Positions 55,679-64,000 of a stretch of DNA of 64,000 nucleotides are shown one piece after another. The DNA is from Dimorphilus gyrociliatus (Eukaryota > Animalia > Annelida). Position numbers and translations under genes: made by a program. Each line of letters begins with the position of its first letter. The first letter of the stretch is position 1. The notes under the pieces are model-generated. The model made no database searches and was not told the origin of the DNA. It worked only from the letters and a program-made list of their open reading frames with translations. Location: contig CAJFCJ010000011.1 in assembly GCA_904063045.1 (NCBI GenBank), forward strand, positions 515,100-579,099, written 5' to 3'.

Positions 55679-57581
55679 TTTAAACTAAGACTTGTCTGAA
55701 AAATTTTAAGTTATAGGTAATATTCCCAGTACAGTAGTCAAATCTTCTGATAGACAGAAAGAACGGAGGTGTATTTACCTGTTTCTTTTTTAAAAGATCC
55801 ACAAATACATTACTAAGCTAATACAATTTGCATATTTTCTTACTCATCAAACTTCCGCGGCTGCATAACAAATACAATAGGCGTAGGTGGCGCTGTGTAT
55901 AGTGATGAAACAGGTTCGTATATAATTAAAAAAATTCTCAAAATCTACTGCTGTGATAAGAATTAATCTGTAAGTGCTTGGAATGATTTTTAAGGTATCA
56001 AAAAATGTCATTTCCGGTGAAGATTTGCCGCTTTATTACAAATTTCACCGGTATTCTCTTTCATGTTATACTCGCTAATACGTAGCAGCGTCTAATTTAT
56101 TATTGACTATTAAAAGCTTTATTTTACTATAGGACCAAAAATTTAAAGATTAACTTTACTATTCAATGGGTTTTGATTATGTACAATTTTACAAATAGGC
56201 CTACTGATACACCAAAGAGTTGGGGCGTTGAGTTTTTTCCGCGATTAATGCCTAAAAAATATCATTATCAAGTTATTTACTCGTCTATTAGTTAGTGCCA
56301 AGATATAACGATTTTTTTATAAGATTTTTTAACAATTCGAATTGAAAAAATTCTCCGAGTTGTGTAATTATAGTAAAGACGTTGTTAACACCACTTAATA
56401 ACATAAAAAACGAAAATCTTATTAAATATACTATTTTTGTTTATCTACAATAAAAAAAACTACGTATAATAGTCTGTGTATATAAATCTTAAATAGGAAA
56501 AAGACTTGTCTTATCGTTTGACTTTTAGATATCCTATTTTATTCCGGATAGTGAAAAGCTATGAGAAAATAAGTTATATTTGAAAATAATGAATAGTTAT
56601 TTAAAAGCCTATATAAACTAGGCTAAATTTTGAACAAAAGAGTTCTGAAAGAAGAGTAAAATATGATGTATTACGCACATGCTAATAACTAAATATCTTA
56701 ATTATGATGATTATATCCCATTATCTAATGGGACAGATAAATTACTACTCTATGCTATTTTTAGTTTTCTTTTTGTTTGTTTATTTGTTTTTTGCTCCAA
56801 AGTTTTAAAATGGTTAAAAAATAGAGTAACTGGACAATTTTTGTTATGTAATAAGCAATCCTAACAGGTGGTAGTTCAATCCTATCCGTATGAATAGGGT
56901 GCTAATACAAGCAATTTACCCTTTCAACTTGCACCAATACTCACTCATAAGCGAAGAGCTGAAGTGGAATAAATTACTCCATTCTTTTGAAACCTCTCTT
57001 AAAAGTAGGATAATTGAAAAGTGATTCATGACGTCTATTACATACTTTCTGGGGTCGTAAAAAACAAACTTTTAAAACTCGTTCAATCCAATTTTCAGTT
57101 CTACTTTTTGTAAATATTGAGCTGCTATTTTTAGTTTTACATTGAAATTTCCGTTTATACAATAGCAAACGTCGTCTTAGAATAGTTTATGGTCGTCTCG
57201 TGTGCAATTCAATCCATGAGATTTGAAATAAGATTTTTCCGTTGACACAATCGCTTATTTATTATTGTAAAGCTAATGGAAAAGTATACTTTTAAGATCT
57301 GATTTTTTAATGTATGTCCCTTAACTCTTAGGTTACACTCGAAATAGCTTCAGGGTAAGTCTTTAGAAACAGATGTTTTTTCTCAGCTACTCAATATATC
57401 TATATATGCATTGTTTTATCTTTGAGAATCGTTATTTATCAATTTTCTCTCATCTTGAAAGAACAATTGAAAAACAAAAACCAAGTTGATAATTAGCAAG
57501 AGCAACATAGAAAAACAATAAATTCAAAAATAAAGAATTAACTTAAAAACTATATTTACAACTTATATAATATCGATTTAT

Positions 57582-58187
57582 TTATTCGTTTGTCCACTTC
57601 TTATTTCTACCCACATTCTCTGTCAAGATCGAGCATTCATTCAGATGATCTTTTGTAAAAGTTACATAGCTGTAATAACAATCAAATCCAACAGAGACAA
57701 TATTTTCATACAAAACCCGAAATCTTAAGGGAATATAGTAAAAGTTTATGAATTGAGCAGGTATTCCTACAGTGCATTCTGCTTTATATAGTTTTAAACC
57801 TTTTTTTCTAAGATTTTCCATTATTTTGTTTGTATTAGTACCTCTCCAATACTCAATTAGTATAATATAGCCAGATATATATATTGGACAGCAAAGAGTG
57901 GTATCGATTAAGAGCTTCAAACAAGCTGCCTTCAAATTACTTCCTTTTATGAAATAATCTAATATTTTATAATAATTATGAAAAAATGGTCCAATTATTA
58001 GTCCTGAAGCTGCAATCCCTCCGGTTCTCATCCAATTCCAATGATCTTGACGTTTCTTTATCAACTCATAAGTTTGTTGCATTCCATCACCAGTAGTGCT
58101 AATAGCAATAGTTACTGCTGTATTTGATAGTAATAAGTGTTTATTAAAGCAATAATTTATGATATTTTGCACTTTTCTAAAAAGCAT
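57582..58187 (-). CDS. Mpv17/PMP22 (PXMP2) family membrane protein, single exon, 201 aa
   Basis: MLFRKVQNIINYCFNKHLLLSNTAVTIAISTTGDGMQQTYELIKKRQDHWNWMRTGGIAASGLIIGPFFHNYYKILDYF…GIPAQFINFYYIPLRFRVLYENIVSVGFDCYYSYVTF… The family layout is present: four transmembrane segments, the W..R.. G.P..H.WY motif and the C-terminal PxQ..NF..VP...R motif. Confidence 0.65.
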   Translation of the reverse strand: MLFRKVQNIINYCFNKHLLLSNTAVTIAISTTGDGMQQTYELIKKRQDHWNWMRTGGIAASGLIIGPFFHNYYKILDYFIKGSNLKAACLKLLIDTTLCCPIYISGYIILIEYWRGTNTNKIMENLRKKGLKLYKAECTVGIPAQFINFYYIPLRFRVLYENIVSVGFDCYYSYVTFTKDHLNECSILTENVGRNKKWTNE

Positions 58188-58755
58188 CCCAAGTTCGTAG
58201 TTTCACGTTTGAGCGAAAAATAGCACCGAACGAAAAAAGGAATATATAGATAAAAATTATGGTATAAACTTTTAATAAACGAAATATTATTCAAATAACT
58301 CAGTTCCAAATAACGTTGATAGGGGCCAATATATATCATAGACAAAAATTATACATATGTACTCCGAAAATGTATAAAAAATATAGAGAAACAAGCTTCT
58401 TCTTAACACGAAAAAACTCAGCCTTGACAATACACATGGTCAGAAGAGGGATTAATCACGGATTATAACTAAAGGATGTTATGTAGAGCTTGGTACCAAA
58501 TTTGAGTGGAACAAAAAAAGATATTCTAAATAAGAAATACAAGAAATAAAAACATAATTAACTTTCTAATTTAAACTAAATAAATCTCTTTATGTACCAT
58601 AGGTTAAAAATTATTATTTGATTTACATTAGTGGTTTGCCTGACATTAAATTTCATTTTAAATGCACAAGACGAAGATTTAAGTAAATATTCAGTAATTA
58701 TTATGATTGCTTTTATCACAACAAAAAAAAACAACAAGATTTAACAGTCAACAAT

Positions 58756-61132
58756 TCAATCAATTAACAAATTTATCTCAAAGCTCTCACCACCTACACT
58801 TAGCATTTCTAAGAATGATGGTGATGGACAGGATAGAGATGTTGATGATTTCAATTTAATAGTCTTCGCTTTATAATAATTGAATAGATGTACTTCAGCA
58901 GCGTCACAGACGCCTTTATAACTTTCATCCTTAGCTTCAGCAAAAGTCCTTAAAACCTCCAATTGAATCTTATCGATATGGTCTTTGGGAGAACGCTTAT
59001 AAAATTCTGACAAATAATCTGGCAGATGCCATAAATTTACATCCCAGGTATTATTGAAAGCAACTGATATAATCTCATCCAAAGGCTGCAGGAGGTCATA
59101 GTCTTGATCAGCGAAACCTAATATGGCTGTGATATCCAATTTATTTCTAAATTTTTGAACAATTTCATCTGACGTTTGTTTTTGAGAGCTGCAACAGTAT
59201 ACAGCAGCGGCATCAATTGGGTGGGCTTCGGTGTTGAAAATATAACCTCCAGTGTCTAAAATGCATTCACCAGCGGTTGATTTAACTAGCACGCCATCAG
59301 AACCGTGTATCCAATGATCAGGTGAGAATAATAGATATAAGTATTTCGTAGTTTCTGCTAAAAAGAATGATTCCATTCGATTATCTAATAAATGATTTTC
59401 TACGTTCTTAACAGATGCATATCCACAAGGAGTTTTTGCAATACTTTCAATAGCTGTTAGTATTGATACTCCCATTTCCATCAATAGAGGATCTTTTGTA
59501 CTTCTATAAACATACATTATACTCTCTATTAATTCTGAAAAGTTTTCATTAAAGGGGAAATTAATAAGAAATGAAAGATATTTTTAATTATTAACCTGGT
59601 CTTAAAGGATATCCTTCTCTACTTGATTGAGCTGTTGATTTTGGAACATTATAAAATTCAGGAGTTGAACCATACTGATTCCACACTTGCATATAATTAT
59701 GTAAACTCTTCAGGGCTTTTTCAGTATCACCTGTTAATGCCTACAAGAAAAAATTAAACATATATAAAAGCGTTATGACTAAAAATAAAGGTATGTCTAT
59801 AATACAGTGTATACATTTTATTATATCTTAAAATCTTACTAAAAGTCCTGGCCAAAAGGCTTCTAAAGATTGAAATATTGGCAATGATACTTGTCCTTTT
59901 TTCATGTTAACCCAAAAATACCAGTCATCTTGTTTTAAAAATTTTTCTATTGAACCTTCCAATTCTAAATGTAAAGGGTCAACTAAAATTATATAATGGG
60001 AAAAGAAAATAAATTAATGGCTTACGATGAAACATTTCCATAAGTTGGGGTTTGTCAAATAATACCGCCCCTTTGACTAGGTATTCAAAAAATGAATCTA
60101 CACCAGCTCCAATTCCTGAGTCAAGCGCCGTCCACTTTCTAGTTTGTACATCTATATGATTGCCAACCAACCCTATTTCTGACCGGCATTCATATAAAGC
60201 ATAGAGAGCTTTTAATGCTGCTGTTTCGAAGGCAGGGTCACCCGTTAATTTAGACAGAGTGCCAAATTCAACGATGTAAGTTCCCACACCAGCAGTACAC
60301 GTTATGCTAGTTTCACCAGATGGAACGCCGTATCGTAAGTTAACAGTACCGTATGGCATGCCTAACACATGAAAGATGCAAACATTATAAAAAGAATGGA
60401 AAGAAATTTATCGTACCAGATGCAGTTTGAAATGCAGGTAACAGTCGTCTTGCAACATTTTCTGCAAGTCGCAAAAGTGGTCCTGAGCAAGGCCATCCTT
60501 CTTCTATTTCTAGAGCGGCTTTTTTGCTAAAAAGATGAGCCGAAAGTAGACCCCCAACAACTGAAAAGTATGTTATCTGGTTAAAATATATTTTATATAA
60601 AAAAAATAATAAACACACTTCGAATGTTAGTTTCAAAAACTGATACATTGATGTCTTGGTCAAAATCAACTGTTTTAAGTATTATTTTAGCTACTCTTCG
60701 AAACTCAGAATAGTTTCCAAGAACGACTAGTGTATCTAATGCATCTATTAAAGTTAAAGAGTAGCTGTAAAGAAAAAATTCAATTATACAACTGGTTTGT
60801 TAAAAAAACTACATCAAACCTGCCCCAGGTGTCTTGGCCATCGCATGTTAGTGGTCGTAATTCATCATAAGGATAAGCATGTTCCCAATAAGCATTATAA
60901 GAGTGATAAAACATTGAACTAACTCTGTCTCTGCAAAAAGAAAAACAGATTAATCGCCGATAACTAGGGACTGCGCGAAAAGTAGGTAAAATCTTCTTAT
61001 TCAGTCCTTCGATACAATCAAAATAAAATATTACCTGTATTTTAGTAAATCATTTTCAGAAAATTTCCTCGGTAAAACTGAACATGAAATCAAAAAGGGT
61101 AAACCTAATAGCATTACATATGTTATAAACAT
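58756..61132 (-). CDS. EDEM2: EDEM2-like ER degradation-enhancing alpha-mannosidase-like protein (glycosyl hydrolase family 47), multi-exon. The signal-peptide exon begins at 61132
   Basis: Minus strand: 61060-61132 [33 protein letters not shown] (donor gtaata); ~60670-60960 [62 protein letters not shown]… (compare EDEM2 [62 protein letters not shown]); 60385-60669 …[47 protein letters not shown]; 59979-60368 [45 protein letters not shown]…[39 protein letters not shown]; 58756-59517 …[41 protein letters not shown]…[19 protein letters not shown]… Every block is collinear with EDEM2. Confidence 0.85.
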
Positions 61133-61229
61133 AATTGTGGACCATACTCGTCCTATGTCAGTTGGAATAGAATTCGGAAAGTGGCGGAAGTCTGTGAATA
61201 CTCGGGCGAAAAAGTCAATTCGATTCTAC

Positions 61230-61237
61230 GCGGGAAA
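61230..61237. promoter_or_regulatory. E2F-type site GCGGGAAA (reverse complement TTTCCCGC) 51 bp upstream of the POLA2 ATG, inside the 155-bp bidirectional EDEM2/POLA2 promoter. A second, 7/8 E2F-like site gggcgaaa lies at 61204-61211
   Basis: ctcGGGCGAAAaagtcaattcgattctacGCGGGAAAgcaagc. Confidence 0.4.
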
Positions 61238-61287
61238 GCAAGCTTAGTTTTTCATTGATATAATAATCTTTTTAAATTTCGTAAAAT

Positions 61288-63877
61288 ATGTCGAGTTTTA
61301 CAAGAGAAACTCTGGAAGAAGAACTTCACATATTTGGGTTTTCTTTAGAGAATGATGGATGCTTTGAAAAAGGTTGATCTACTTTTACAAAGATAAATTG
61401 AGTATAAAAAGTACTTTCTCTAGTTAGAGATCTTGCTATGCTGCACGGCTTGGATGAGGAAGGAATAACAAATGAATTCGTTGCCTTTACCCACACTAGT
61501 AAACTAAAACATAATTCTCAGCTAACCGAAGTCTTATTACTACAATTTGAGCGAGAGGTACATATCAAGTCTTTTGCTTTCCATAGTAATACGTCATTGT
61601 TAATTGTAGAGATTGTCCAAGAAGGCTCATAAACAAGCAAAAACTCCTCTATCCAAAAACAAGATAAAAAGGTTTTTCACTTAATTCATGTAACTATAAA
61701 TACTTAATATTAGAATTGAACTTAAATCAGAGAAGCCTATGATGATTCTTGCTTAGATGACTCGTACAACGCGTTTGACGGAGAAACAAAGGTAAAATTA
61801 TTGCATTAAAGTTTCAAAACGATTAATAAGTCTGAATTAGAAATCGGTAAATTCTCCTGCTAATTTTAAACAATCTGGATCAAGAAATTATTCTACCATC
61901 ACTCAATCACCATCTTGGTATTTAAAAGAAACAATTTACTGAAAAAAATAATAATTAATCGTTTTGACAGCACTGACAATTACACTAAAAGAAATAATTC
62001 TGGAGATATAATATGCAAATTTGGGTCTTTAGCACCGAAGGAAGTTGTTAGGAAAGAATCAGATACTAAAATTTCATTTCTAATTCCGGAGGAAGAAATG
62101 AATCGCTTGGACAAATTTATGTTTCAAAAAAACAGTGATAAATCAATGGGTAAAATTTGTTCGCATATTAAAATTTTTGTGATAATCATCTTCCTCTTAT
62201 AGTCGTAAATGATATCTTGGAAGAAACAAGCTCCCTTTACAAATTATTTAACAATATTGAGCATTTTGGTCATGTAAGCCTTCCTTTACAGGTTTGATAG
62301 TATTTAAATTCCTTTACCCGAGAGTTTACAATAATTATTTACCAGGAAAAAACAACTATTTGTGGCCGAATTGTTTCAGAGGGTGAATCAAAGCTGAACT
62401 CGAGCACTGTACTAATACAAGGATCTTTAGAAACATCCGGTGGACGGTGCTGTAAGCTTGACTTGTCAAATCTAAATAAATATTCACTCTTTCCCGGACA
62501 AGTACACTTCTTCAACAGTTATTAATATTTTTGACTAATAATTTGTTTGTCAGATAGTTGCTTTTGAAGGTGTGAATAATAATGGGAGAAGTTTTGTAGC
62601 TAGTAAAATTTTAGAGGTAAGGAAAGAATTTGAACAGACTTTAACTGAAAAAATTTCTACATAGAGTCTTTGGAAGAATCCAGAAGAAGTTCTTTTGAAA
62701 GGTAACTAAAAAACTAAATCCTAATAAAATTATATAGAATATTTTCTAAAGACGATATGAAAATTATAATTTCTGCTGGGCCATATGCAACGAATAGTTC
62801 AGATTTAGAACCTTTCCATGATCTAATACAAGTTATTAAGAGAGAGAATCCAGATATATGCATTATGGTAATTGACAAATTCTTTTTCCTCAATTTTATA
62901 GCACAAAAATATTCCAGATGGGTCCATTTGTTGACTGCAAAAATCAAAATTTAATGGTACTGAACTCAATGATAAACTTTTCATGTATCTAACTGTTTCG
63001 TTTCCTGATAGATGCAAAATAAATCTTATGAAGATATTTTTTCAGATATGATGAAATATCTGAGACAAGAAGTTGAAGGGTATTATAAATTTTTAAATAC
63101 ATGTAAAATCTGGATAAATCCTCATAACTATTAGATTACATACGAAGTTTTTCATTATTCCATCGGAGAGAGATGCTCACCACGATATGGTCTATCCCCA
63201 AAATTCATTTTCTTTAAAATCAGATGAGGTGGTAATTTCAGCATCTAAACAATTTTTAAAATCAAGATTACCTACAGAAAAATTTACGCTATTTGATGAA
63301 TCCTGGTATACTTGATTGTGATGGTTTAATTTTGGGCTACACATCTACAGACATTATTATTCATATGGCCAGTGAGGAAATTGCAAGGTATGTTCTGTTT
63401 TCATAAGAGACATGTTCCTATAGTTAATACTTTTTGCAGCTCTAATCATCCCGAAGACAAAGTCACAAGAGTTTTAAAGCATATTTTGCAGCAGAAACAG
63501 TACGTTTTATTCTGTATTCGGATTTTATCCTACACATTTTATCTCATCAGATTTTACCCCTTGAACCCACCTCACCATGATATCAATATTGAGTATGAAA
63601 TGCTCGAATACTATGGAAAAATATCGGTTACTCCTCATATTTTAATCACGCCCTCAGATTTAAAATATTTCATAAAGGTTATGAAATTTTTATCAGTAGA
63701 AATTTCAGCGATAACTTTGTTTATTTTACATAGGAAATAAATGGAACTCTTTGTATCAATCCTGGAAGGTTAGCCAGAGGAAATGCTGGTGGAACTTACG
63801 GCAAGGCTCTTTTAAAAGGTGATGCGAAGTCAAAATTGAACTTAGAAACAATGCGTTTTGAGATTATTAGAATTTAA
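61288..63877 (+). CDS. POLA2: DNA polymerase alpha accessory subunit B (POLA2-like), multi-exon. Exon boundaries were not all resolved
   Basis: 61288 MSSFTRETLEEELHIFGFSLENDGCFEK (human MSASAQQLAEELQIFGLDCEEALIEK); 61438 MLHGLDEEGITNEFVAFTHTSKLKHNSQLTEVLLLQFERE (GQNEEGMVGELIAFCTSTHKVGLTSEILNSFEHEF); 62000-62170 …KFMFQKNSDK (KSMFQKLPD); 62540-62640 VAFEGVNNNGRSFVASKILE (VVIMEGINTTGRKLVATKLYE); 62757-62880 MKIIISAGPYATNSSDLEPFHDLIQVIKRENPDICIMV (LVVACGPYTTSDSITYDPLLDLIAVINHDRPDVCILFGPF); 63480-63720 LKHILQQKQ…FYPLNPP…YEMLEYYGKISVTPHILITPSDLKYFIKV; 63740-63877 NGTLCINPGRLARGNAGGTYGKALLKG…IIRI* (CVNPGRLTKGQVGGTFARL…VRI). Confidence 0.8.
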
Positions 63878-64000
63878 AAAAAATCTTGTAAAACAACTGC
63901 TCTTATATTTTGCAATAAAATCAAAATTCTGTATCTTCTCTTTAGAGCTTAATCCCATTTAAAATTGTTATTTCATGGCAATAAAAGAAAAATTTGGATT

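Overview
Taken together, the window looks like compact, AT-rich metazoan nuclear DNA, probably from an invertebrate. Coding exons are GC-richer than the very AT-rich, microsatellite-laden intergenic DNA. Introns are tiny: the ones I could place exactly are 49-75 bp with GT/AG ends. There are about 19 protein-coding genes plus one tRNA in 64 kb. I could not assign a species from the sequence alone.

Genes I can support, in order: the 3' end of a Cys-loop receptor subunit (partial), Rab39, a small MORN-repeat protein, calreticulin, an unknown tyrosine-motif-rich protein, tRNA-Lys(CTT), an unknown protein ending in a CaaX box, a voltage-gated Ca-channel alpha2/delta-like gene, an ankyrin+SAM (ANKS3/6-like) gene, an unknown membrane protein, MBLAC1, a TEP1-like gene (TROVE/NACHT/WD40), PEX2, ZSWIM8, an unknown small 2-TM protein, a misshapen/MAP4K4-family kinase, an Mpv17/PXMP2-family protein, EDEM2 and POLA2.

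There is nothing prokaryotic here: no CRISPR array, no operons, no obvious transposon. The noteworthy points are a compact, complete TEP1-architecture gene; a ZSWIM8 gene made of one small 5' exon plus a single 4.5-kb exon; three head-to-head gene pairs with short shared promoters carrying CRE and E2F motifs; a calreticulin whose open frame runs past the acidic tail into an Arg-rich extension with no HDEL/KDEL; and several small ORFs with no recognisable family, one of them CaaX-terminated. All identities come from reading the translations. No database search was run, and no splice junctions beyond those listed were confirmed.
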